A stretch of DNA of 64,000 nucleotides from Anaeramoeba ignava BMAN (GCA_028826165.1 JAPDFW010000085.1:124001-188000), one strand, 5' to 3'; positions 50,901 to 63,877 are shown, counted from the first letter of the stretch. Translations and numbers: made by a program. Notes: generated by a model not told the origin, from the letters alone.

Positions 50901-52850
50901 ACTTGTTGATTGTGCTTGGGCTCTTTCTTATCTTTCTGATGGACCAAATGATTCTATTCAAAATTTAATTGAAGCAGGAATTGTTAAAAAAGTAGTTGAA
51001 CTTCTTGAGTAAATTTTAATTTTGATTTTAATTATAATTATAATTTTAATTTTAATTTTAATTTTAATTTTGATTATAATTTTAATTTTGATTTTAATTA
51101 TGATTTTAATTTTGATTTTAATTTCCAAAAGTTGTCCTTTTTTCGAAGTTAAAGTTCCTGTTTTAAGAACTGTTGGAAATATTGTTACAGGAAATGATGA
51201 GCAAACTCAAGTTGTTATTTCATTTGGTGCTCTTCCAAAATTTCATGATTTATTAAAACAACCAAAAATAAATATTCGGTAAAAAAAATATTCAAATCAA
51301 ATATTCAATAAAATATTCAATAATATATTCAATATAATATATTCAAATCAAATATTTAATAATATATTCAATAAAATATTCAAATAAAATATTTAATAAA
51401 ATATTTAATAATATATTCAATAAAATATATTCAAATCAAATATTTAATAATATATTCAATATAATATTCAATATAATATTCAATATAATATTCAATAATA
51501 TATTCAATAAAATATTTAATAATATATTCAATAAAATATTCAATATAATATTCAATATAATATTAAATAATATATTAAATAAAATATTCAATAATATATT
51601 AAATAATATATTAAATAATATATTAAATAAAATATTCAATAATATATTCAATAATATATTCAATAAAATATTCAAATCATATATTCAATAATATTTAATC
51701 AAATATTCAATAATATATTCAAATCAAATATTCAAATCAAATATTTAATAAAATATTTAATAAAATATTCAATAAAATATTCAATAAAATATTCAAATAA
51801 AATATTTAATAAAATATTCAAATAAAATATTCAAATCAAATATTTAATAAAATATTCAAATCAAATATTTAATAAAATATTCAAATCAAATATTTAATAA
51901 AATATTCAAATCATATATTCAATAATATTTAATCAAATATAAATTTTAGAAAAGAAGTTTGTTGGGCAATATCTAATATTACTGCTGGTACTCCTGATCA
52001 AATTGATTGCATTCTTAATTTGAATCTTTTCCAAGTTGTAATCGAACTATTAAAACAAGATACAATAGCTATTAAAAGAGAAGCAACATGGGCTATTTGT
52101 AATGCAATTTCTGGAGGAAAGAAATCACAAATTGAGTAAAAAATTGAAATATAAATTTAATCCAAAATATAAATTTATTCCAAAATATAAATTTATTCCA
52201 AAATATAAATTTATTCCAAAATAAATATTTAATTCAAAATATAAATTTAATCCAAAATATAAATTTATTTCAAAATATAAATTTAATCCAAAATATAAAT
52301 TTATTTCAAAATATAAATTTATTCCAAAATATAAATTTAATTCCAAAATAAATATTTATTTCAAAATATAAATTTATTTCAAAATAAATATTTAATTTCA
52401 AAATATAAATTTAATTCCAAAATAAATATTTAATTCAAAATAAATATTTAATTCAAAATATAAATTTAATTTCAAAATATAAATTTATTTCAAAATATAA
52501 ATTTAATTGGAAATAACAGAAAACTTTTGAGTTTTGGATGTATTCCACCACTTTGTGAGATGCTTAAGTTAGATGATCCAAGGATTATTCATCTTGTTCT
52601 TGAAGGACTTGAAAGATGTATTAGAATTATGCAATCATCTAATTTTATACCAGAAACTTATTTTGATATTATAGAAAATTTACAAAGCCATTCAAATCAA
52701 GAAGTTGCTTCTCTTGCTTTAAGGATATTGGAGTTAATATCAGAAGATCACAGTGACGAAATTGAACTTCATTCACATAATCTTCCAAGTTATCAAGATC
52801 AAGATGACGAATATAGTGATGATGATGAAAGTGAAACTGATGATGATTAA
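47967..52850 (+). CDS. KPNA: Importin-alpha (ARM repeats) with atypical N-terminus (approximate exons 47967-47982, 48066-48283, 50128-50331, 50400-50531, 50595-50780, 50845-51008, 51132-51278, 51949-52136, 52520-52850)
   Basis: [18 protein letters not shown]|[20 protein letters not shown]|[76 protein letters not shown]. Confidence 0.9.
48410..50120 (+). repeat. Intronic 12-bp satellite (AAATATTAAAWT)n
   Basis: Visible array. Confidence 0.95.
51285..52505 (+). repeat. Two intronic arrays: 12-bp (AATATTCAATAA-like) at 51285-51940 and 18-bp (AAATATAAATTTAWTYCA) at 52150-52505
   Basis: Visible arrays on either side of exon 51949-52136. Confidence 0.88.
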
Positions 52851-53004
52851 TGAATTATATTTTTTTTAATAGATGAAAATTTAACAAATTTTTTCAAGCA
52901 AAACAATTCAAACTAAATTTAATTCAATTCAATTTAATTTAATTTCAAACTCAAATTATATTTTTCATTCCAATTTTAATTCCAAATAAATTCTATTCCC
53001 TTAT

Positions 53005-56000
53005 TTTTATTTGAAATTTTAAATTGGATTTTTATTTGGAATTTAATTTAGAATTTTATTTAGATTTGTTCCACTTTTTTATTTGAAATTTTATTTAGAT
53101 TTTTATTTGAAATTTTATTTGGAATTTAATTTAGAATTTTATTTAGATTTTTATTTAGAATTTTATTTAGATTTTTATTTTAATTTTTATTTAAATTTTT
53201 ATTTAAATTTTTATTTAGATTTTTATTTTAATTTTTATTTGGATTTGTTCCACTTTTTTATTTTAATTTTTATTTAGATTTTTATTTAGATTTGTTCCAC
53301 TTTTTTATTTATATTTTTATTTATATTTTTATTTAGATTTTTATTTAGATTTTATTTATATTTTTATTTATATTTTTATTTAGAATTTTATTTAAATTTT
53401 TATTTATATTTTTATTTATATTTTTATTTATATTTTTATTTAAATTTTATTTATATTTTTATTTATATTTATTTAGAATTTTATTTAAATTTTTATTTAG
53501 ATTTTTAATTGGATTTGTTCCACTTTTTTATTTGGAATTTTATTTAGATTTTTATTTGGATTTGTTCCACTTTTTTATTTAGATTTTTAATTGGATTTGT
53601 TCCACTTTTTTATTTGGATTTTTATTTATATTTTTATTTGGATTTGTTCCACTTTTTTATTTAGATTTTTATTTAGATTTTTATTTATATTTTTATTTGG
53701 ATTTGTTCCACTTTTTTATTTAGATTTTTATTTATAATTTTATTTATAATTTTATTTATATTTTTATTTGGATTTTTATTTAGAATTTTATTTATATTTT
53801 TATTTAAATTTTTATTTTGATTTGTTCCACTTTTTTATTTAGATTTTTATTTAAATTTTTATTTATATTTTTATTTATATTTTTATTTATATTTTTATTT
53901 ATATTTTTATTTATATTTTTATTTAGATTTTTATTTAGATTTTTATTTATAATTTTATTTAGATTTTTATTTAAATTTTTATTTAGATTTTTATTTAGAT
54001 TTTTATTTATAATTTTATTTTATAATTTTATTTAGATTTTTATTTAGATTTTTATTTAGATTTTTATTTAGATTTTTATTTATATTTTTATTTAGATTTT
54101 TATTTATAATTTTATTTATATTTTATTTAGATTTTTATTTAGAGATTTTTATTTAGATTTTTATTTAGATTTTTATTTATATTTTTATTTAGATTTTTAT
54201 TTATATTTTTTATTTAGATTTGTTCCACTTTTTTTATTTAGATTTTTATTTAGATTTTTATTTGGATTTTTATTTGGATTTTTATTTTAAATTTTATTTG
54301 GAATTTTATTTATATTTTTATTTAGATTTTTATTCCAATTTTTATTTATATTTTTATTTAGATTTTTATTTGGAATTTTATTTAAATTTTTATTTAGATT
54401 TTTATTTATATTTTTATTTGGAATTTTATTTAGATTTGTTCCACTTTTTATTTATATTTTTATTTAGATTTTTATTTAGATTTTTATTTATATTTTTATT
54501 TGGATTTTTATTTATATTTTTATTTGGATTTGTTCCACTTTTTTATTTGGAATTTTATTTAGATTTTTATTTGGATTTTTATTTAAATTTTTATTTGGAT
54601 TTGTTCCACTTTTTTATTTTAATTTTTATTTAAATTTTTATTTATATTTTTATTTGGATTTTTATTTAAATTTTTATTTAGATTTTTATTTAGATTTTTA
54701 TTTAAATTTTTATTTGGATTTTTATTTTGATTTGTTCCACTTTTTTATTTATATTTTTATTTGGATTTTTATTTGGATTTTTATTTGGATTTTTATTTTA
54801 AATTTTATTTGGAATTTTATTTATATTTTTATTTAGATTTTTATTCCAATTTTTATTTATATTTTTATTTAGATTTTTATTTGGAATTTTATTTAAATTT
54901 TTATTTAGATTTTTATTTTAATTTTTATTTAGATTTTTATTTTAATTTTTATTTAGATTTTTATTTTAATTTTTATTTAGATTTTTATTTTTAGATTTTT
55001 ATTTTTATTTTTATTTAAATTTTTATTTATATTTTATTTAGATTTTTATTTAGATTTTTATTTTATAATTTTATTTAGATTTTTATTTAAATTTTTATTT
55101 TTAATTTTTATTTAGATTTTTATTTATAATTTTATTTATAATTTTATTTAGATTTTTATTTAGATTTTTATTTAGATTTTTTTATTTAGATTTTTATTTA
55201 TATTTTTATTTAGATTTTTATTTATAATTTTATTTATATTTTTATTTAGATTTTTATTTAGATTTTTATTTAGATTTTTATTTAGATTTTTATTTAGATT
55301 TTTATTTATATTTTTATTTAGATTTTTATTTAGATTTGTTCCACTTTTTTATTTAGATTTTTATTTAGATTTTTATTTGGATTTTTATTTTGGATTTTTA
55401 TTTTAAATTTTATTTGGAATTTTATTTATATTTTATTTAGATTTTTATTCAATTTTTATTTATATTTTTATTTAGATTTTTATTTGGAATTTTATTTAAA
55501 TTTTTATTTAGATTTTTATTTTAATTTTTATTTAGATTTTTATTTAGATTTTTATTTTAATTTTTATTTAGATTTTTATTTATATTTTTATTTATAATTT
55601 TATTTGGATTTTTATTTTGATTTGTTCCACTTTTTATTTATATTTTTATTTATATTTTTATTTAGATTTTTATTTATAATTTTATTTAGATTTTTATTTA
55701 TAATTTTATTTATATTTTTATTTGGAATTTTATTTAGATTTGTTCCACTTTTTATTTAGATTTTTATTTAGATTTTTATTTAGATTTTTATTTATAATTT
55801 TATTTATATTTTTATTTATATTTTTATTTAGATTTTTATTTAGATTTTTATTTGGATTTTTTTTAGATTTTTATTTATATTTTTATTTGAAATTTTAAAT
55901 TGGATTTTTATTTAGATTTTTATTTAAATTTTTATTTAGATTTTTATTTATATTTTTATTTATATTTTTATTTATATTTTTATTTGGATTTGTTCCACTT

Positions 56001-56790
56001 TTTTATTTAGATTTTTATTTAGATTTTTATTTGGATTTTTATTTGGATTTTTATTTTAAATTTTATTTGGAATTTTATTTATATTTTTATTTAGATTTTT
56101 ATTCCAATTTTTATTTATATTTTTATTTAGATTTTTATTTGGAATTTTATTTAAATTTTTATTTAGATTTTTATTTTAATTTTTATTTAGATTTTTATTT
56201 AAATTTTTATTTAGATTTTTATTTTAATTTTTATTTAGATTTTTATTTAGATTTTTATTTATATTTTTATTTAAATTTTTATTTATATTTTTATTTAGAT
56301 TTTTATTTATATTTTTATTTAGATTTTTATTTAGATTTGTTCCACTTTTTTATTTATATTTTTATTTAGATTTTTATTTAGATTTTTATTTAGATTTTTA
56401 TTTGGAATTTTATTTATATTTTTATTTAGATTTTTATTTAAATTTTTATTTGAAATTTTAAATTGGATTTTATTTAGATTTGTTCCACTTTTTTATTTAG
56501 ATTTTTATTTATATTTTTATTTAGATTTTTATTTATATTTTTATTTAAATTTTTATTTAAATTTTTATTTGGAATTTTATTTAGATTTGTTCCACTTTTT
56601 TTATTTAAATTTTTATTTATATTTTTATTTATATTTTTATTTAGATTTGTTCCACTTTTTTATTTAGATTTTTATTTTAATTTTTATTTGGATTTTTATT
56701 TATAATTTTATTTATAATTTTATTTATATTTTTATTTAGATTTTTATTTAGATTTTTATTTGGAATTTTATTTAGATTTTTAATTGGATT
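53005..56790. repeat. 3.8-kb intergenic 12-bp satellite (TTTTTATTTAGA variants) with TTTGTTCCAC inserts and higher-order blocks
   Basis: Visible array between the importin-alpha stop and delta-COP. Confidence 0.95.
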
Positions 56791-57065
56791 TTAAATAAAA
56801 AAAAAAAAAAAGGAAAATTACTAATTTTGATAAAAAATGAATAATAAATAAAAAAATTTTTTTAATTAATTTTTCTTTTATTAATTTAAACACGTTTTTT
56901 TCCATTTTTCATTTTTTCATTTTTTTCATTTCTTTTTTGCATTCTTTAATTCCTTTATTTGGATTTAAATTTAATTTTCTATTAAAAATTAAAAATTAAA
57001 ATTAAAATAAAAACAATTTCAAAATAAAAATTAATTAAAAAAAACAAAAACAAAAAGCAAATAAA

Positions 57066-58761
57066 ATGGTAGTTTTAGCAGCAGCAATTTGCACAAAAAA
57101 AGGAAAAGTACTTCTTTCACGACAATTTGTGTCAATCACAAGAGGTCGAATTGAAGGATTACTTTCAGTATTTCCCAAACTTATGGGAACTGGAAAACAA
57201 CACACTTTTGTTGAAACTGAAAATATTCGTTATGTTTATCAACCAATTGAAAATCTTATTCTTTTAATTCTTACTACTAAATCAAGCAATATTCTTGAAG
57301 ATATGGAAACTCTCCGTATTCTTGCTCAACTTGTTCCTGAATATTGCCCTAAAATTTCTGAATCAGAAATTGAGAAAAGAGGTTTTGATCTAATTTTTGC
57401 TTTTGATGAAGTTATCGCTTTAGGTTATAAAGAAAAAGTAGATTATTTTATTAAAATTCATTTGAAAATTCATTTCAAAATTCATTTCAAAATTCATTTT
57501 GAAATTAAAATAGGCTTCTCTCTCTCAAATTAAAACTTACCTCTCAATGGAAAGTTTTAACGAAAAAAGATTCCAAGAAATACAAGAAGAAAAAGAAAGA
57601 TTAGCCAAAGAAAAAATGGCTGAAAAAATGAGACAAATAGAAATAGCCAAAGAAGAAGCAGAAAGAACGGGAGCGCAATTATTTGGATCAAGAGGAGTAT
57701 TTCGGGGAGGATTTGGAAACGACACAGAAGAAACAGGACCAACAAATTACACAATGGAAATGGAGAAACACATTAGCACAGATCCACCAATGATAACAAC
57801 AAGAGCTTACAATAATACAAACACTAACATGCAAAAATCACAAAATCAACCCGAGAAAAAAATCCCCTCAAAAGGAATGAAACTTGTGGTTCAAAAACAA
57901 AGCAATATCCTCGCAGCCTTGAAAGATGAAGGCGAAATTGAAGAATTCGAAAAACCACAAATCCAACAACAACAAGAAAACGAGCCAAATACTCTCGAGC
58001 AAGAGCAACAAAATCAGCCTGATTTCCCACGAAAAGACGTGCATTTCGATGTGTATGAAATATTAACCGCAACACTCAGCAAAGATGGCGGTTTGCAAAA
58101 TATGGAGGTTTCAGGCTCCCTTGATTTGTTCATCACAAACAAAGATAAAACCCCTCTTGTGATCAAACTTTCCAAAGAAAAAAACCCTGAAAAAATGATT
58201 TTCCGAACACATCCCCATATCAATAAGAATCTTTTCCAGTCTGAAAATACTCTTGTTCTCAAAGATAACTCAAAACCCTTTCCTGCAAACGGAAGTCAAA
58301 TTCCCGTTCTTAAATGGAAATGGGACAATTCCGATTTCACAAAAATTCCTCTTTTCCTTAATTGTTGGCCGACAAATTCTGGCGATACAACTTCCGTTAA
58401 TGTTGAATACTCACTCGAACAGAAATCCTTTGAATTGCACGATGTCGTTGCTCTTATTCCTGTCCCTCAATCTCCTGTTATTGAAGAGGTTGTTGGTAAT
58501 TACTCCTACGACCACAAACAGAAAATTCTCACTTGGGAAATCCCCCTGATTGATAGCTCAAATCAAAGTGGTACTATTGAATTCACAATCCCAAAGTGTA
58601 ATCATTCGTCGCTTTTCCCAATTCTTCTCAAGTTCAAATCCCCAAATATTTATGCTAATCTTTCTGTAGACAGTGTTCTTGTTGTTAAAGACGAAGAACA
58701 AAATCCCACAGAATTTTCTCAAAGACAACTTCTGTCAACTTCTTCTTTCTCAATTAATTAG
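57066..58761 (+). CDS. ARCN1: Coatomer subunit delta (intron 57438-57513)
   Basis: [21 protein letters not shown]...RIEGLL..FPKL...[16 protein letters not shown]; C-terminal mu-homology domain ([13 protein letters not shown]). Confidence 0.96.
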
Positions 58762-59024
58762 AAATCCTCAACAAAATTCTCTTTCCTTTTCTTCTTTTCA
58801 TCTTTTCTTCTTTTCAAACAATTTCGCTTATTTTTTTTTTAGATTTTCTTCTTCTCCCTCTTCTTTTGATTTTGGGTTCATTTCAATTTCTTAATTAAAT
58901 CAGAAAAAAGCAATTTGCATTAACCACCAAATTTTTGTCTTTTTTTTTTTTTCATTTTTTTTCTTTTTTCATTTTTTTTCTTATTCTTTTATCTTTTCTT
59001 CTTCGTTGTTTTATTAACTTTTAT

Positions 59025-60960
59025 ATGGATACTCAGGTAATAAAATCAATTTTTCACAAATTTCTCCAATTAAGCAAATTTTTTTTTCTTTTTCAATTTT
59101 TCTTGTTTGGGAATTCTTTAAAAATTCGATAATTAAATCTAATTGAAAAAAAAAATAAAACATTTTGAACACAGGAAATACAACAAAAATATGACACAGA
59201 ATTGCAAAAAATAGTCAAACAATTTACAGAAATTATCAATGAAAGAAACACCACAATAGAAACTCTCTCAACTGGGCTTGATGAACTTTCATCAAACCTC
59301 ACGAATTCAATCCAAGAGAAAGAAAAACTTGTCAACTATGTTAATAAATGTCTCTCAGTTATCGATCCGAAATTCAAGAAACCCATAAAAAAACAAAAAA
59401 AAATTGAAAACTTCGATCAAATTTCTTTTGAAGAAATCGAAACAATCAGAAAAGAAAGAAATCAGTTACTTGGCCATCTAAAAGATCTTCAATTGAAATA
59501 TGACACAGTGTTTAACGAGCACGAAAAAACAACAAAGCACCACACAAATATCAAGGAACTCTATCAAAAACAAACAAAAGATATCACCTCATTTAATGAA
59601 ACAAATACCAGTTTGCGAGAGGAAATCGAAAGTCTTACAAAGAAAACAAATTCTTTGATTGTCAGCAAGGCAACTTATGAGCAAAAAAAAGAACTTGAAT
59701 CTCAAATTCAGCAACTGAACGAAGAACGCTATTTAATGCAAGGAACTCGCAAGGAAGAACTGGAACAACTCACAACGCATCACCAGCAACTCCTTGTTCA
59801 AAAAGACCAGCTCGAGCAAGAGAAACAAGAGCTGATCGAACAACTTAAAAAAAACAAATATTCCGTTCGCAAAAATATCCACAACCCCTCCATTTCCACA
59901 ACCAACCAAATGAAAACAGATCAATTCCCAAGAGCGGGAAATTCTCCTGATCCCTTATTAAATCAAAACTCTCCAAAAACAGAAATACAGGAGCAACCCC
60001 AAGAAACACTCTCACAATCACCTCCTGTTAATAAAACTGCCGATCTCGAAAAATTCAGCTCATTCAAATATAAAAGTTCAAAATTCTCAAAACCAAAAAC
60101 AGAGGCTCAAGTCGAAAAGCCTAACGAAACAGTGGTTCAACAACAAAACGAAACACTCTCACAATCACCTCCTGTTAATAAAACTGCCGATCTCGAAAAA
60201 TACAGCTCATTCAAATACAAAAGTTCAAAATTCTCATCTCAACAAGCCAATATAATCAACGAATTAAAAAACAAACCCTTAAATCCAAAAAGCAGACCTT
60301 TGCCAAATCCTAAACCGAATCCTTACAAAAATCTTCAACCAAACCCTCAAGAAACTCCATTGGCAATTCAGACAAAGGAAACTTCTCTTTCTCCTTCTCA
60401 AGAAAAAAAACTCAGCTCAAGTCCTATTCCAATACAACCAAAATCTTTATCTCCAAAAATTTCTGTCACAACTCAAAAACCAAAATCACCTGATCCTATT
60501 GTTGCTAAACCTCAAAAATCAATATCTCCTCCAAGAAAAACTGGTGCTCCTCTTGTTCGTACTTCTATTAAACTGAAAGAAAATTTGCAAAAAGGAGAAC
60601 AACCTCAATTATCGAAGAAAAATAATTGGATTTCTCTTAATCTTGCAATTTGGAAAGGCATTGCTTCCTTCGCTAATCCAAAAACTGTAGTTATCTTTTA
60701 TCATTTTTTTTTTCTTTTTTGATCAAATTATTTAATTAATTAATTTTAACTTTAATTTTCTTATCTTGTTTTATTAGGGAGTTCCTGAACTTGAAGTTAT
60801 GTTAACTGATGATGAAAAGGTGATGAGAGTTAATAAATCCATCACTAAAAAGAATAATTGTTTGGAATTAAGAACCAAAAAGGGAATTTTCTATCTAAAT
60901 TTTGAGAATGAAAAAGAAGAAGATAATGTTTTCCGAATTTTACGTAAAGCTCGAATTTAA
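59025..60960 (+). CDS. Coiled-coil + Pro/Ser-rich + C-terminal PH-domain protein (exons 59025-59036, 59175-60686, 60778-60960)
   Basis: Heptad-rich N-terminal half; spliced C-terminus LKENLQK...KKNNW...|GVPELEV...KKNNCLELRTKKGIFYLNFENEKEEDNVFRILRKARI* fits a PH fold. Confidence 0.78.
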
Positions 60961-61147
60961 AATTTTTCTTTAACAATTTTACTTGCTTCTTTCTTTCTTT
61001 TTTTCTTTCTTTCTTTTTCTTTGATTTTTTTTTATCTTTTCTTCTAATTTTCCAAAAGATTCCTTTGTTGTGGGATTCAATAAAAAAAATTTTTTTCATT
61101 TTTTTCATTTTTTCATTTTTTTCCATTCAAATAAAGAAATAATAAAA

Positions 61148-61752
61148 ATGCAAAATGAAATGTTAAATCTTTCAAAAAAGAAAGAAGAATACGAAAAAGA
61201 AATTGAAGAACTTACAACTTTTTTAGAAGAAAAAGGTTGTGGAGTTCATGGATCTTTAGTTGATCAAGATGGTTTTCCAAGATCAGATGCATATGAAATT
61301 CGAATTGCAAGAAATCGACTTGCAATTTTGCAAACAGATCATCTTAATCTAATGAAAGAAATTGAGAAAGTTTGTTGAGCTTTTTCATTATTATTATTAT
61401 TATTATTTTATTTTTAATTTATTTTTAATTTATATGGAATTAGAAATTATTTGCCTTTTATCAATCAGAAAAGAAATCTGAAGAAAAACCAATTTACAAT
61501 CCTTTTGCAATTATAAATGCAGTTGCAGATGAATGTCCTGCAAAAGAAGCAGGGCTTCAAAAAGGAGATGAAATTCTTTTTATTGGTTCTTGTAATTCAA
61601 TGTCTGAAGTTTCTGAAGAAGTGGCTCGTTTTGTTGGTCAAAAATTAAAATTTCAATTCCTTAGAGATGGAAAAGAAATGGTTGTTTTTTTAATTCCAAG
61701 AATATGGGATGGACCTGGATTTTTAGGATGTCATATTATCCCTTATAAATAA
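61148..61752 (+). CDS. PSMD9: 26S proteasome assembly chaperone p27/Nas2 (intron 61370-61443)
   Basis: SLVDQDGFPRSD.YEIRIARNRL..LQTDH; PDZ PFAIINAV...PAKEAGLQKGD; C-terminal WDGPGFLGCHI. Confidence 0.93.
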
Positions 61753-61817
61753 TTAAATAATTAAATAAATAAACAAATAATTTGGTAATTGAAATATTTT
61801 TTGTTCTTCACTTTCTT

Positions 61818-62564
61818 CTATTTGAATTTAGTTTGTAAATCTTCATTCTTTTTTTTCAATTTTTCCATTTCGTTTCTAAGTTTGAATTTTATTAATTTTG
61901 ATTGAGATTGAAGTTGAATAATTTGTGTTTGTTTTTCTTGATGTTGAACTAGAATTTCTTTCATTTCTTTTTCTTTTTCTCTTAATTTTAATTTCAATTC
62001 CTTTTTTCTTCTTTTCTCTTTTCCAATTTCATTTTCAATTCCAATATTTCTTTCAATTTTTTCATTCATTTCCAAATTCAATTCCTTTTCCTTTCTTTCT
62101 AATTCAGTTAGTTTTATTCTTCTTTCTTTTATTTTTTGATCAAAATCATTTTCTTGATCAAAAAAATTTTCCATTTCTTTTTCAAATTTGATTAATTTAG
62201 AAAAAATTTTTTCATTTTTTTTCATTTGTTTTGAAAGTTTTTTTTCTGAAATTTTTAATATATTTTCTGAAAATTGAATTTTCTTTTTAAATTGATGGAT
62301 TTTTTTCATCATTTCTTCAATTTTCTTTTCATTTTCAATATTCTTTTTTGATCTTAAAAAATGAGATTGAAAAGATTTAATTTTTTTCTTTTCAAGTTTT
62401 TTGACATTTTTTTCTTTTTCTTTTAAAATTGGTTTTAAAAACTCTTTAAACTTCATTTTTTCTTCATTTAAATTTTCATTTTCTTTTGAAATTCCTTCTA
62501 AAAGTTGATTAATTCTTGAATTCAATGGAATTTTCATTTGATCTTCTTTTTCAATTTCTTTCAT
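61818..62564 (-). CDS. Hypothetical K/E-rich coiled-coil protein
   Basis: 248-aa ORF with ATG start and heptad-like pattern. Confidence 0.65.
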   Translation of the reverse strand: MKEIEKEDQMKIPLNSRINQLLEGISKENENLNEEKMKFKEFLKPILKEKEKNVKKLEKKKIKSFQSHFLRSKKNIENEKKIEEMMKKIHQFKKKIQFSENILKISEKKLSKQMKKNEKIFSKLIKFEKEMENFFDQENDFDQKIKERRIKLTELERKEKELNLEMNEKIERNIGIENEIGKEKRRKKELKLKLREKEKEMKEILVQHQEKQTQIIQLQSQSKLIKFKLRNEMEKLKKKNEDLQTKFK

Positions 62565-62763
62565 TTTTGTTTTTTAAATATAAAAATAAAAATAAAAATA
62601 AAAATAAAAATAAAAAGTTAAATATTTTTTATTTTAATCTATATTGTTTTCTGGCAGATCAAAAATAAAAATCCTTAAACAAAAAATAGGATTACAAGAA
62701 AAAATCCAAAAAAAAAAAAATTATTTTTTTCCATTTTCTTTTTTCTTGATCTTTTTCTTTTTC

Positions 62764-63711
62764 TTATTTAAACATTTGTTGTGATAAAAATTCAGAAATA
62801 GTTGGATTTCCTTTTTTTTCACAAATAGAAAATGCTGATTCTCCCTTTTTTATATAATTAAAAAATTAAAATTAAAATAAATTAAAATTAAAATTAAAAT
62901 TAAAATTAAAATTAAATTTTTTTTACATCCTTTTTGAAAATAATTTTAAAATAAATAATTTTTAAAGAAAATTTGGATTAAAATTTTACTTGATTTGTTT
63001 CATAAATAGAACGATCTAATTGTAATAAAATATTAATTATTTCATTATTTCCAATTTTACAAGCAAAAATTAAAGCAGAATTTCCCTTTTAAATTTATTA
63101 AAAGAAAAAAGAAAAAAGAAGAAAGAAGAAAATTTAAAATTCCACAAAAAAAAAGGAGAAAAAAAATTTATTTTACAAACTATAAACAAAAACAAAAGGA
63201 AAAAAAAATTTTTCAATTAAAAAATTAAAAGAGAAAAAAAAAATATCAATTTATTTACTTTAGTTTTTGTTTTAGGATCAACTCCTGATGTAATTAGTAA
63301 TTGAATCATTGCAATATCTTCAAAAATTATTGCTTTCATAAGAGAAGTATAACCCTTTTTTAAAGAAATAAATTTTAAAAATCATTTTTTAAAAAATTGA
63401 TAAAAAATTTGTTTTGTTTTTTTTCCAAAATGTCATTTCTTTTTTACTTCTGGAGTTATGGAATATATTAAACTAGGTTTCTTTTGAATCATTCTTTGCA
63501 CTTTTTCTCGGTTTCCCATACAAATTGATTCAAAAAAGATTAATTCTTTTTTGCTATTTTCGATTTTGTTTTCTTTTTCTTTTTGTTTTCCTTTTTCTTT
63601 TTCTTTTCCTTTTTCTTTTTCTTTTTCTTTTTCTTTTTCAATTTTATTTCCCTTTTTTTCTTTTTTGTTTGTTTGTTTCTTTTTTGATTTATTGCGACTG
63701 AAAATACCCAT
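62764..63711 (-). CDS. Small N-myristoylated ankyrin-repeat protein (exons 63711-63448, 63354-63259, 63085-62990, 62844-62764)
   Basis: MGIFSR...; GYTSLMKAI...LLITSGVD, GNSALIFACKIGNNEIINILL, GESAFSICEKKGN. Confidence 0.85.
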
Positions 63712-63877
63712 TTCAAATTATTTTTATAAAAAAACTATTTGATTGAAAAATGGAAAAAAAAAATGGAAAAATGGAAAAATGGAAAAAAAAAATGGAAAAA
63801 AAAAAATGGATTTTTATTTTTATTTTTGATTATATCTGAAACATCCAAAAAAAAAAACAAAAAGAAATAAAAAACGA

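Noticed and set aside
14357-52850. Functional cluster of nuclear-import genes (snurportin + importin-alpha)
   Set aside because: They are ~29 kb apart with many unrelated genes between; likely coincidence
53005-56790. CRISPR-like array (recurring TTTGTTCCAC)
   Set aside because: The intervening sequence is itself repetitive, spacing is irregular, there are no cas genes, and the context is eukaryotic
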